Shown here in pieces: positions 10,456 through 20,860 of a stretch of 64,000 nt of DNA. The notes under the pieces are model-generated. The model did no database searches, had not been told where the DNA came from, and saw only the letters and a program-made list of their open reading frames with translations. Location: contig CAWAIF010000003.1 of the NCBI GenBank assembly GCA_963782055.1, positions 864,001 to 928,000 of the forward strand, read 5' to 3'. The number at the start of each line of letters is the position of its first letter. The stretch's first letter is position 1. This DNA is from an uncultured delta proteobacterium (GTDB taxonomy: Bacteria; Myxococcota_A; Polyangia; Polyangiales; Polyangiaceae). Position numbers and translations under genes: made by a program.

Positions 10456-11889
10456 GTGGTCGCCGCCCTCGACTTGCTCGACATGTTCCAGGCGCTCGGG
10501 CTCGCGGCGATCACCCTCGCCTGCGGCCGGGAGGACGTCGCCGGCGTCAACGACGCCGCCCGCCGCCTGCTCGGCATGCCCGAGGGGACGCCGCCGGGGG
10601 CGTGGCTGGAGCGCCTCCACCCTGCCGACCGAGAGGCCGTCCGGGAGGCGTGCCGCGCGTCGGGCGCGTCGCGGGCGGTCTTCCGCGTCACCGCCGACGA
10701 GCTCTCCTTCCACACCGTCCACCTCGAGCTCCGCCCGCAGGAGGAGCTCACCCTCGGTCTTCTGGTGGAGAGCGCCGCGCGGGTGCCCCCAGGCACGGCG
10801 CCGCTCGAGGCGCTGATCGAGGCGCTGCCCTTCGAGGTCTGGGAGCGCGACACGGACGGCGTGCTCATCCGCCAGAACTCGACGTGCCTGCGCAACTGGG
10901 GGACGCGGCTCGGTACCACCGTGGAGTCCATGGAGCTCCCCGAGAAGCTGGCGCGGCTGTGGGCGTCGCTGAACGCGCGCGCCCTCTCCGGCGAGGTCGT
11001 CAGCCACCCCATCGATCACGAGCTGGGCGGGCATTGCGTCAGCCACATCAACCTCGTCGCCCCGGTGAGCGAGGGCGAGCGCATCCGCGGTGTCGTGGGC
11101 GTGAACATCGACATCACGGCCACCAAGGAGGCGGAGCGACAATCCGCGGAGCTCGTCGCGCAGCTCTCCCGCTCGCTCGAGGAGCTCGCCCTCGCGCAGG
11201 CGACGCTGGTCAGGCGCGAGCGCCTCGCCGCCCTCGGCGAGCTCGCCGCGGTGGTGGCCCACGAGGTGCGCAACCCGCTCGCGGCCATCTACACCTCCCT
11301 CTCCACCCTCAAGCGACAGGTGATCTTCGATCGCGACGCCGCGGTGCTCTTCGGCATCCTGGAGGAGGAGGCGGAGCGTCTGAACCGCACCGTGAGCGAC
11401 CTGCTCAACTACGTGCGGCCGCTCCAGCCGGAGCGCCGTCCGGACGATCTCGCCGAGCTGGTGCGCGACGTCGTGCGCGAGCGCTGCGACGCGCGGCCGG
11501 AGGGCCGCGGCGAGCTCGTGGCGGGGGTGATCGCCCCTGCTGCCTTCGAGCCGGTGCACGCCGACCCGATCCTGATGCGCGTCGCGCTGTCCAACCTGGT
11601 GGCCAACGCCATCCAGGCCATGCCCGAGGGCGGCCGGCTCACCGTGACGCTGGCGGACGTGAAGCACGAGGAGCGCGACGCGGTGACGATCGCCGTGCGC
11701 GACGATGGCATCGGCATTCCCGCGGCGGTGATCGACCGCGTCTTCGAGCCCTTCTTCACGACGCGCGCGTCTGGCGCGGGCATCGGCCTCGCGGTGGTGC
11801 GCCGCATCGTGGAGGCGCACGAGGGACAGGTCACCGCGGACAGCGATCCCGACCGCGGCACCACCTTCACGATCTTCCTCCCGCGGTGA
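10456..11889 (+). CDS. PAS-domain sensor histidine kinase
   Basis: H-box AHEVRNPL, NLVANAIQA, DDGIGI, FEPFFTT, GIGLAVV. Confidence 0.92.
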   Translation: MVAALDLLDMFQALGLAAITLACGREDVAGVNDAARRLLGMPEGTPPGAWLERLHPADREAVREACRASGASRAVFRVTADELSFHTVHLELRPQEELTLGLLVESAARVPPGTAPLEALIEALPFEVWERDTDGVLIRQNSTCLRNWGTRLGTTVESMELPEKLARLWASLNARALSGEVVSHPIDHELGGHCVSHINLVAPVSEGERIRGVVGVNIDITATKEAERQSAELVAQLSRSLEELALAQATLVRRERLAALGELAAVVAHEVRNPLAAIYTSLSTLKRQVIFDRDAAVLFGILEEEAERLNRTVSDLLNYVRPLQPERRPDDLAELVRDVVRERCDARPEGRGELVAGVIAPAAFEPVHADPILMRVALSNLVANAIQAMPEGGRLTVTLADVKHEERDAVTIAVRDDGIGIPAAVIDRVFEPFFTTRASGAGIGLAVVRRIVEAHEGQVTADSDPDRGTTFTIFLPR

Positions 11890-11965
11890 GGCCTCGAGAG
11901 TCACCTGGGCGGGGTGGCGAGGACGCTCGACGCGTAGCGGAGGGCCCGCGCGGGGAGGGCCCCGC

Positions 11966-12838
11966 TCAGGTATGCACCTCGACCGTCTCCACCTTCCCGG
12001 CGCGCACGACCTTGAGCACCACCTTCACCTCCACCTTGGTACGGAGCGCCGAGGCGAGCTCCCACGGGCTGCCGACGCGCACGCCGTCCAGCTCCAGGAT
12101 CACGTCGCCGATGAGCATGCCGGCCTTCTCCGCCGGGCTCCCCGGCTCCAGCGCATGAATCAGGATCCCGACAGGCTGCCCCGCCGCTTGCTCCGTCGCC
12201 GCCGGCAGCTTCACAGGGTGGACGCCGACGCCGAGGTAGCCGCGCCGCACCTTGCCGTGCGCGAGCAGCTCGCCGACGACGCGCTCCAGCGTGACGTGCG
12301 GGAGGGTGACCCGGGCGTGGCGGAGCACGCCGCGGTTGTTCATGCCGAGCGCGTTGCCGTCCAGGTCGAGCAGCAGGCCGCCGGAGTAGCCGGGGGGCAT
12401 GTCGGCGTCGGCCTCCAGGTAGCGCTCGACGTGACCGCCGCCGGGCGTTCGGTACGACTCGCCGAAGGTGCTGACGATGCCGAGGGTGGCGCGGACGGTC
12501 TTGCCCGGCCGCGCGACGGCCACGACGAGGTGGCCCACCTTCAGGCCCTCCAGCGCGCGGAAGGTCACCGCGGAGAGGCCCTTCGCATCGAGGCGCACGA
12601 TGGCGAGGTCGGTGCCCTCGTCGCGGCCGACCACCGAGCCGGTGTGCGTCGCGCCGTCGTGGAGGGTGATCTCGATGTCTTCGTCGCGCTCCAGCACGTG
12701 GTTGGCGGTGACGATGACGCCGTCCTCGGACCAGACGGTACCGCTGGCGTTCCAGCGGTGGCCGCCGTCCACGCGGACGAGGCCGGGTGCTGCCTTCTCG
12801 ACGGCGGCGGCGATGGATTCGGAGGAGAGGTTGGTCAT
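11966..12838 (-). CDS. HtrA-like trypsin serine protease with PDZ domain
   Basis: TANHV, TDLAI, PGYSGG, PDZ ([15 protein letters not shown]). Confidence 0.88.
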   Translation of the reverse strand: MTNLSSESIAAAVEKAAPGLVRVDGGHRWNASGTVWSEDGVIVTANHVLERDEDIEITLHDGATHTGSVVGRDEGTDLAIVRLDAKGLSAVTFRALEGLKVGHLVVAVARPGKTVRATLGIVSTFGESYRTPGGGHVERYLEADADMPPGYSGGLLLDLDGNALGMNNRGVLRHARVTLPHVTLERVVGELLAHGKVRRGYLGVGVHPVKLPAATEQAAGQPVGILIHALEPGSPAEKAGMLIGDVILELDGVRVGSPWELASALRTKVEVKVVLKVVRAGKVETVEVHT

Positions 12839-12989
12839 GGTCGTTGCTCCTGGTCCGGAGTATGGAGACCGCGCCCCGGCGTCACATCGCCCGAAGCGGC
12901 AAAAATCGGCCTGCTCCGATGGATCGACGCCGCCCCCTTCCCTAGCCGAAAGGCCGGGGTCGCTTGACGCCGGCGGCGGAGGACCCACC

Positions 12990-13646
12990 TTGGACTCCGG
13001 TTACCTCTTGGATTCCCCGAACGATCAGGACCTCGCATCACCCGGCACGCCGCTCGAGGTGGTGGTGGTCGCGGAGGACCCTCTGGCGAGGTCGGCGCTC
13101 TCCATGCTCTTGACGGGTCAAGGAATGTCGGTGGCCACGGTCACCTCCGGCGGCGCCGCGGGCGACGCGCGCGCGGACGTCGCCGTGTGGGACCTCGGGG
13201 CGGACACCCGCCAGGCGCAGGAGCGCATCGACGAGATGGACGCGGCGCCGCAGCGGGTGGTCGCCCTCCTGCCCGACGCGACGCACGCCCCGGCGGCCTT
13301 CGCCGCGGGCGCGCGCGGGCTGCTCCTGCGCGAGACCAACGGGCCCTCGCTGGGGGCGGCCCTGCGCGCCGTCGCCGCCGGCCTCGTCGTGGTGGACCCC
13401 GCGCTCGCCACGGCGGTGGTCCCGGCGCGGGAGCGCGCCCCCCTCGCCGCGGAGCTGACCACCCGCGAGTCGGAGGTGCTGCAGCTCCTCTCCGCCGGCC
13501 TCTCCAACAAGGAGATCGCCGCGCGCATGAAGATCAGCGATCACACGGTGAAGTTCCACGTCAACGCCATCCTCACCAAGCTCGGAGTGAGCAGCCGGAC
13601 GGAGGCGGTGGTGCAGGCCGCCAAGCGCGGCCTGGTCATTCTTTGA
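12990..13646 (+). CDS. NarL/LuxR-family response regulator (start uncertain)
   Basis: Receiver-like N-terminus; [31 protein letters not shown]. Confidence 0.88.
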   Translation: MDSGYLLDSPNDQDLASPGTPLEVVVVAEDPLARSALSMLLTGQGMSVATVTSGGAAGDARADVAVWDLGADTRQAQERIDEMDAAPQRVVALLPDATHAPAAFAAGARGLLLRETNGPSLGAALRAVAAGLVVVDPALATAVVPARERAPLAAELTTRESEVLQLLSAGLSNKEIAARMKISDHTVKFHVNAILTKLGVSSRTEAVVQAAKRGLVIL

Positions 13647-13814
13647 GAGGGGCGGCACGCGCCGCCCCTCCCCGCCCAAGTGAGTTGGCTGGCGGGGCCC
13701 CTCCCCACGCGGGCCCTCCGCTACGCGTCGGGCTTGGCGTACCTGGTAGGAACGGCTCGAGTGAATGGCGGCCGGGAACGGGAAGGTCTGGGTACGTCCG
13801 GCGTACCTTCCGCT

Positions 13815-14993
13815 ATGCTCCGCAGCATGGAAGAGGAGCGGAAGGGCTCGCGTCGGTGCGGGCCGTGGATCGTCGGTGCGGGGCTCGTGCTCGGTGCCGC
13901 CGGCGTGCTCGCCGCGTGCGGCGGCGCGCAGAGGCCGGACACCGCATCACCCATCGTGGTCGCCTTGCCGACGGCCACGCCGCCCGCCCCGGGCGCCGGC
14001 GTGACCGCAAACGCCGATGGCGGCGAGCTCGGGACGGCGAGCGCCGCCGATGCGGGAGGCTTGGCGGCGTCGACGGGTGGCGACGAGCAGATGACCGCCC
14101 GCGCCGCGCTGCGCAAGGCGCTGGAGCTACACGTCAAGGCGTGCGACGGCGGCAAGGCGGAGGAGTGCAACACCGCCGGCATCGCCTACGAAGAGGGCCA
14201 GGGCGTCACCGTCGACTACCACGAGGCGGCGGGCCTCTACGGGAAGGCGTGCACCACGGGCGCGGCGGACGGCTGCGCCAACCTGGGCGCCCTCTATGAC
14301 GACGGCAAGGGCTTCCCGGAGGACAAGGTCAAGGCCTCCAAGCTCTACGAGCAGGCGTGCGCGGGCAAGTCCAACCGCGGGTGCAACCACCTCGGCCTGC
14401 ACTACCTGTACGCGACTGGCGGCAAGAAGCAGGACTACAAGAAGGCGGTGGAGCTCTTCAAGCGCGCGTGCGATCGCAGCGACGCCTACGCCTGCACCAA
14501 CCTCGGCTACATGTACTGGAAGGGCTGGGGCGTGAAGCAGGACATGCCCACGTGCGTGAAGCTCTATCAGCAGGGCTGCGACGGCGGCGACCCGAACGGG
14601 TGCCACAACCTGGGCGTGCAGTACGAGCACGGCGAGGGCGTCGCGAAGAGCGACGCGCTCGCGGCGGGCGTCTACGCCAAGGCCTGCGCGGGCGGCGCCA
14701 TGGGGGGGTGCGTCAACCTGGGCGTGCTCTACGAGGACGGTCGCGGCGTCGCGAAGGACGACACGAAGGCGGCGACCTACTACCAGCAGGGCTGCAAGGG
14801 CGGCAAGGCGAGCGGCTGCTACAACCTCGGCCGCCTGACGGAGGACGGCCGCGGCGTGCTGCAGGACATCCCCCGGGCGGAGGCGCTCTACCAGAAGGCG
14901 TGCAACATGAACGACGCGCTCGCGTGCACCAGCTACGCCAAGCTGATCAGCGGAGACGCGGGCGCGGGCGTGGCCGTGGGCGTGGGCCCGTGA
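13815..14993 (+). CDS. Sel1-repeat lipoprotein (Cys-rich, HcpA-like repeats)
   Basis: Lipobox LAAC; repeated GCxNLGxxYxxGxGV. Confidence 0.88.
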   Translation: MLRSMEEERKGSRRCGPWIVGAGLVLGAAGVLAACGGAQRPDTASPIVVALPTATPPAPGAGVTANADGGELGTASAADAGGLAASTGGDEQMTARAALRKALELHVKACDGGKAEECNTAGIAYEEGQGVTVDYHEAAGLYGKACTTGAADGCANLGALYDDGKGFPEDKVKASKLYEQACAGKSNRGCNHLGLHYLYATGGKKQDYKKAVELFKRACDRSDAYACTNLGYMYWKGWGVKQDMPTCVKLYQQGCDGGDPNGCHNLGVQYEHGEGVAKSDALAAGVYAKACAGGAMGGCVNLGVLYEDGRGVAKDDTKAATYYQQGCKGGKASGCYNLGRLTEDGRGVLQDIPRAEALYQKACNMNDALACTSYAKLISGDAGAGVAVGVGP

Positions 14994-15012
14994 CGCCGGA
15001 GCACGCCGCCGG

Positions 15013-15801
15013 TCAGCGCGGCGGCGCCGCCGTGGCGGGCGCCCAGCGCGACGCGAGCACGTTCGCGGCGTCCCGCACCATCCCCGCCCCGCGCGCGAAG
15101 GCGACCGTCGCGAAGCCGTGGGAGAAGACGGCGCACAGCGGCGGCGTGCCGCCGTCCCAGTAGGTCCAGCACTCCCGCGAGGTGCCCCAGTACTCCAGCA
15201 GCCAGCCGAGCAGGCTGCCGGCGGCGAAGCGCACCAGGTCCTCGCGCGGGGTCTTGCCGGTGAGGCACGCGAGCGCGACGAAGGCGTAGGCCACCCAGGT
15301 CAGGGGGTGGGCGCGCCCGGGCGCCGTCCAGACCCAGAGGTACATGCAGAACGCGAGCAACGCCCCGCCGCGCAGCCAGCGGACCACGCGCCCGTCACGC
15401 CGTGGGACCACGCGCAGGGCGGCGCGCGCCAGGCGCTCGGTCGCCAGCGCCGCGACCGGCCAGGCGGGCAGGATGAAGAGGGGAGGCTGCTCGTGGGTGA
15501 AGTACGTCCACAGGCCGGAGCGGGTGCCCCACGTCTCGATGACCAGGCCCCCGCCGAAGGCGACGAGCGCCAGCGGCAGATCGCGCCGCGCCTCGAAGCG
15601 GTGCGCGCCGAGGGCCATCATGGCGAGCCAGAGGAAGAGGAGCAGGCCGTCGAAGTCCGCCCAGGTCAAGGACACGTAGTCCCGCCAGACGATGCCGCAG
15701 GCTGAGCCGACGAGGATCACCGCGGTGACGACGAGCACGCTCCGCCGGTCGTAGCCCTCCGCCACGCCTCGCCACGCCGTTCGGATCGAGGAATGTCCCA
15801 T
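15013..15801 (-). CDS. integral membrane protein with internal duplication
   Basis: Several TM helices; two ExWGTxxxxWTY motifs. Confidence 0.7.
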   Translation of the reverse strand: MGHSSIRTAWRGVAEGYDRRSVLVVTAVILVGSACGIVWRDYVSLTWADFDGLLLFLWLAMMALGAHRFEARRDLPLALVAFGGGLVIETWGTRSGLWTYFTHEQPPLFILPAWPVAALATERLARAALRVVPRRDGRVVRWLRGGALLAFCMYLWVWTAPGRAHPLTWVAYAFVALACLTGKTPREDLVRFAAGSLLGWLLEYWGTSRECWTYWDGGTPPLCAVFSHGFATVAFARGAGMVRDAANVLASRWAPATAAPPR

Positions 15802-15849
15802 TGCCGGCCGAACGTTTTACCATGGACCCACCCCGGACCTTCCCCGACC

Positions 15850-17397
15850 ATGAACCTCCTCGTCCGTTTCGCCATCTTGCTCGCCCTCGGGGGCGCCGCC
15901 CTCGGGGCCGGCGCGTGGGCGAGGGGCCGCTATCTGCCCGGCGGCGACACCCTGCCCGGCCTGAAGGTGGACGGGGCGCTCGTCCAGGGCGACGTCGCCG
16001 GGCTGGTTCACGAGCGCGCGCAGGCGCTCCTCGACCGGCAGGTGCGCCTCGTCTCCGGCGCCGACGGCGCGCTCCTGGAGACGCGGACGCTCGGGCAGCT
16101 CGGCGTGCACGTCGACGAGGCGGCGGTCGTCGCCCGCGCCCGCGCGCTGGGCCACCAGGGCGACATGCTGCAGCGCGCCCACCTGGAGGAGCGGGCCCGC
16201 GCCGGGGAGCTGGACGTGCCCCTGGAGCCCTCCGTCGACGCCGACGCGGTGGTGGCGGCCATCGTCCCCTTCAAGGAGACGCTGGACCGCGCGCCCGTCT
16301 CCGCGCGCCTCGACCTGGACGAGCGCAAGGTGATCGCGGGCAAGCCGGGCCGCTACCTCGACGCGTATGGCGCCGCCGAGGCGGTGGGCGCGGCCGCCCG
16401 GGACGCCGGCGCCTCCGAGGTGCACGTGCCGGTGGTCGCCGTCGCGCCGCGTGTCAGCGCCGACTTCGTGCGGAGCATCGACATCCACGTGGTGCTCGCG
16501 GAGTACTCCACCTACTTCTCGCGCGCGGGCGGCCAGAAGCGGCGCGGCGAGAACATCGATGTGGGGGCGAGCAAGCTGGACGGCCTGGTGCTCTCGCCCG
16601 GCGAGATCGTCAGCTTCAACCAGGTCGTGGGCGACCGTTCGCTGGAGAACGGCTTCCACAAGAGCTGGGAGATCTTCAAGGGGGAGATGGTGGAGGGCAT
16701 CGGCGGCGGGACGTGCCAGGTCGCCTCCACGCTGCACGCGGCCGCGCTCTTCGCCGGGCTGGAGGTGCTCGAGCGCCTGCCGCACTCCCGCCCGCTCGGC
16801 TACATCCCGATGGGCCTGGACGCGACCGTCGTCTATCCCATCGTCGACCTGAAGCTGCGCGATCCGTACGACTTCCCGGTCGTGCTGCACGCCAGGACGG
16901 AGGGCAACAAGCTGACGATGCAGCTCCTCGGCGCGGCCAAGCCGAAGAAGGTGACCTTCACGCGGGAGGTGGTGGGGACCAGGCCCTTCGGCCGCACCGT
17001 CGAGGAGAACGACAGGCTCTCCGGCGAGACGGTGATGGTGAAGCAGCACGGCATCCGCGGCTTCAAGGTGGAGCGCCACCGCACCATCGTCGACGCCGAC
17101 GGCACGCGGCGGGAGGAGAAGAACGTGGACGTCTACCCGCCCACCAACGAGGTGTACGCCGTGCCGCCGGGCTTCGACGTGTCGCAGCTCCCCCCGCTGC
17201 CGGGTCAGGCGGACGACGACGATGACGACGCGAGCGACGCGACGGCCGCGGCTGCGCCCCCTCCGGAGCCGGGCGCGGTGGCGTGCGCGGGGGACTGCCC
17301 GCCGGTGTCGGCGGTGAAGTTCGTGGAGGGGCGGGGCGCGCATCATCCGACGAAGGCGGTGGTGAGTCCGCCGAAGAAGCTGACGCTCACGCGGTGA
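15850..17397 (+). CDS. VanW family protein
   Basis: SFNQVVGDRS, GIGGGTCQVASTL, ERLPHS, GLDATV. Confidence 0.9.
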   Translation: MNLLVRFAILLALGGAALGAGAWARGRYLPGGDTLPGLKVDGALVQGDVAGLVHERAQALLDRQVRLVSGADGALLETRTLGQLGVHVDEAAVVARARALGHQGDMLQRAHLEERARAGELDVPLEPSVDADAVVAAIVPFKETLDRAPVSARLDLDERKVIAGKPGRYLDAYGAAEAVGAAARDAGASEVHVPVVAVAPRVSADFVRSIDIHVVLAEYSTYFSRAGGQKRRGENIDVGASKLDGLVLSPGEIVSFNQVVGDRSLENGFHKSWEIFKGEMVEGIGGGTCQVASTLHAAALFAGLEVLERLPHSRPLGYIPMGLDATVVYPIVDLKLRDPYDFPVVLHARTEGNKLTMQLLGAAKPKKVTFTREVVGTRPFGRTVEENDRLSGETVMVKQHGIRGFKVERHRTIVDADGTRREEKNVDVYPPTNEVYAVPPGFDVSQLPPLPGQADDDDDDASDATAAAAPPPEPGAVACAGDCPPVSAVKFVEGRGAHHPTKAVVSPPKKLTLTR

Positions 17398-17423
17398 AGG
17401 AGGGGAGGGGGGGGTGCCCCTCC

Positions 17424-17572
17424 GGGCGCCATGCTCGGGCTCGTGCTCGCCTTCGCGCGTGCCGCCGGTGGGTGCGGAGTGCACGGAGTCCGGCACGCAC
17501 GAAGGCTTGCGCGCGAGCCCTGCGCGTGGCGCCCCTCCCCTCGATGTCGCGCTTCGCGCGCCATCGGGGAGG
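17424..17572. repeat. two adjacent long imperfect hairpins between convergent genes
   Basis: Arms 17425-17464 and 17491-17533; second stem 17534-17572. Confidence 0.6.
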
Positions 17573-17671
17573 CTGGTGGGCTGTCCTGCGCTGACCTCGG
17601 CGCAGGAGGGGTGGGGCCCTCCTCCGATTGGCCGAACGTGGGCGGCGTTGCGCGAGGGGGACGGCGCGGGA

Positions 17672-19144
17672 TCAGGGCTGCGGCGGGTGGCCGCACGCTT
17701 GGGGCGAGCCCGCGGTGCAGGCGCGCTCGAGGAGGGCCGCGGCGCGCGCCGGATCCTTCGGCACGCCGATGCCCTTCTGGTAGGCCGTCGCGAGGTTCGC
17801 GCAGGCGTCGGCGTAGTTGAGGTCGCAGCCGCGGCCCAGCAACTCGACCGCCTTCGTCGGGTCCCGCTGCGGGTTGGCCGGGTCGTCGAGGACCACGGCC
17901 AGCTGGTTGCAGCCGCGGCCCCCGCCGCCCTCGCACTCCCGCGTGAAGAGCCTCACGGCCTCGTCGACGTCTTGCGGGAGCTCGCCCAGCAGATACATGA
18001 GACCGAGACCGTCACACGCGTCCCAGTCCTTGGCGTCGCACGCTCGCCGGAGGAGCTTCGCGGCGCGCGGCGGATCCTTCGGTCGCCCGATGCCGACGCC
18101 CGTCCGCAGCGCGTTGCCCAGGTTGGCGCATCCGTGGACCGAGCCGCTGCGGCACGCCGCGTCGAGCAGGGCGTACGCGCGGACCTGGCTGACGGGCCCG
18201 CCGTCCCCGCGCGCGTGGAGCACCGCCTCGTCTGCGCAGGCGTCGGCGTCCCCGAGCTGGCACGCCGTGTCGTACAGGGCGCGCGCACGCCGGAACAGGG
18301 TCTGGGCCCGCCCTGAGTCGCTCGTTCGCTTTCTCTCGGCGGCGATGATGCAACCTCGCGCCACGAGGCCGTCGCCGGTCGCGTCGTAGTCGGTCACGTC
18401 CCCCATCGTGCAGGCCCGCTCGTAGAGCGAGAGGGTGAGCGTGGGATCCACGGGCACGCCCGCTCCACGGGCGTAGGCGCTCCCGAGCAGCGCGCACGCC
18501 GGGGCGTAGCCCCCGTCGCACGCCCTCTTCTGCAGGGCGACGACCTCCCCTTCGGGAGCGTGCGTCGCGCGGAGAATGGCGGCGAGGTTCTCGCACACCG
18601 CCGCGACGCCCCCGTCGCATCCCCGCTTGCCGAGCGCGATGGCTCGCTGGAGGTCTCGCGGGACTCCCTCTCCGGTGACATACATGGCGGCGAGCACCCC
18701 ACATGCCTCGGGCGTGCCGGTCTCGCACGTGTGCTCGATCAGGGTCTTGGCTCGAGCCGTATCCGCGCGCACGCCCAGGCCGTGCAGGAGAGCCTGCCCG
18801 AACAAGGTGCAGCCCTGCCCGTCCCCGACGTCGCACGCCTTGCGATAGAACACCGCGGCGCGCGTCGCGTCCCGCTTCAGGCCGCGCCCGTGGCTGTACA
18901 TCTGTCCGAGGGTGAAGCAGGCGCGGCCCACGCCCGCGCTGCACGCGTGATCGAACAGCTCGCGCGCGCCTTCGGGGTCCTTGCGCAAGAGCGCTCGGCC
19001 CGCCTCCACGCAAGCCTTCGCATCTCCCCCATCGCACGGCCCGACCTTCGTCTGCGGCGATGCCGCGGCGGGGGCTACGGCGCTCGGTCCACACGCACAC
19101 GCGGACAGCAGCAGAACGCAAACGAGCAGCGCGTGATCGGACAT
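17672..19144 (-). CDS. Sel1-repeat lipoprotein
   Basis: Lipobox-like LSACAC; repeated AC..LG..Y..G.GV..D. Confidence 0.85.
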   Translation of the reverse strand: MSDHALLVCVLLLSACACGPSAVAPAAASPQTKVGPCDGGDAKACVEAGRALLRKDPEGARELFDHACSAGVGRACFTLGQMYSHGRGLKRDATRAAVFYRKACDVGDGQGCTLFGQALLHGLGVRADTARAKTLIEHTCETGTPEACGVLAAMYVTGEGVPRDLQRAIALGKRGCDGGVAAVCENLAAILRATHAPEGEVVALQKRACDGGYAPACALLGSAYARGAGVPVDPTLTLSLYERACTMGDVTDYDATGDGLVARGCIIAAERKRTSDSGRAQTLFRRARALYDTACQLGDADACADEAVLHARGDGGPVSQVRAYALLDAACRSGSVHGCANLGNALRTGVGIGRPKDPPRAAKLLRRACDAKDWDACDGLGLMYLLGELPQDVDEAVRLFTRECEGGGGRGCNQLAVVLDDPANPQRDPTKAVELLGRGCDLNYADACANLATAYQKGIGVPKDPARAAALLERACTAGSPQACGHPPQP

Positions 19145-19282
19145 CGTGTTCTCGGGACCCCTGCGGTGGACTGCTGCTACGGCCCGGGCGCGGAGGAGCT
19201 TCCCCGGCTCACGCGGCACAAGGGAAGGGGGGGCCGCGCGACGATGGTTGACCCGGGCGCGCCACGCGGGTCTCATCGCACC

Positions 19283-20842
19283 ATGGGTGACCGCGATCCG
19301 TTCGACCTGGTCGGGAAGGTCATCGATGGCCGGTATCGGGTCGATCGAGTCATCGGGGAGGGTGGCTTCGGGGTCGTCTACCGCGGCTGGCACCTGAACT
19401 TCGAGCACGACGTCGCGATCAAGTGCCTCAAGACGCCCTCGCACTTCACCGACGAGGGGCAGCGCGCGTTCGTCGAGAAGTTTCGCGAGGAGGGCAAGCT
19501 CCTCTCGCGGCTCTCTCAGCACCCGGCGGTGGTGCGGGTGTACGACTTCGGCATCACGCCGGGCGCGCACGGCGCGAGCGTGCCGTACCTCGTGCTCGAG
19601 TGGCTCGTGGGCGAGCCGCTCGACTCGTGGCTCGCCAAGCGCGGGGCGCCGCTCGGCGCGCGCGAGGCCATCGAGCTGCTGCGACCCGCGATCGAGGGGC
19701 TCGCCTTCACGCACGCGACGGGCGTCGCGCATCGCGACGTGAAGCCGGCGAACCTCTTCGTCGTCCAGGCCGGCGAGCGCACGACCACCAAGGTGCTCGA
19801 TTTCGCGGATCGCGAAGGCGATGCAAGAAGGCGAGAGCGCGACGTTCCTCGCGACGCACACGTCGAGCGGCTTCTCCGCGTTCTCGCCGACACGCCTCTA
19901 CCACCCCGCGCGCCAGGGGCGCGCAGGTGACCGACGCGTTCGAGGCGCTGTGCGCTCGCGCGCTCGCGCGAGACGTCAAGGAGAGGTTCAAGGACGCCGG
20001 GGCGCTGCTCGAGGCGATCGACGCGCTGCGCCTGGACGCGGCTGCCGCGCCGGCACCCACGGCCGCGCGAGAAGTGGCGGCGGGCGCCGGCCGCAGCGAG
20101 GTCACGACCGGCAGCCCGGTCACCCTCGACGACACCGTCCTCGCCGCTCCGCTGCCTCTCCCCGCGCAGCCGCGACCGTCGACGGGGACGGTGGTGGCCG
20201 GGGCGCCGCAGGTTCCGGCCAACCAGAGCGCACCTCGGAGAGGCACCGCCAGGACGAGCACGCTCAGCGCGTTCGGCATCGTCGCCGTCCTCGCCGTGGG
20301 CGCCGTGGGGGCGAAGCTCGCGTACGGCAAGTACGGCGTCCGGCGGCCCGATGCGCCCACCCTGTCGCCGAGCACGTCGGTCGCGACGGACCTCGCGGCG
20401 TCCCCGAGCGCGTCGGCCGATCCGGGCGCGTCGGCATCGGCGCTCGGGCGCCAGCGCCGGTGCGCCACCGCGCGTCGGCGTCGGCGGTCGGCGAGGCGCT
20501 CGCCGCGGCCCCGCCCGAAGACGGGTTGCTCGGGACCTACTCCTGCAAGGTCGGCTCGAGCACCTACACCTGCGTCATCAAGCGCGACGCCAAGGGCAAG
20601 CTGGTGCTGACGAAGCCCTGCTGCTCCTGGACGTGGTACTTCTACCTGTCCAACGTGACCGACGCGGGCTTCAGCGCCGCCGGCGCCGCGCAGGTGGACC
20701 GGGGCTGGAAGGCGGCCAGCGGACGCGGCACCTTCTCCCAATCGGGCCCGACCGGATCACCGGGCGCGTCCACACCGTCAACGGCGATCACGGCCAGTAC
20801 GGCGCGTGGGACGACGACGTCGTGATGGTTCGCACCAAGTAG
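19283..20842 (+). pseudogene. disrupted Ser/Thr kinase with TM and extracellular domain
   Basis: IGEGGFGVVY, AIK, HRDVKPAN; frameshift at DFG; subdomains VIII-X missing; more frameshifts downstream. Confidence 0.8.
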
Positions 20843-20860
20843 CGCGCCCGCGCCGCCCTC

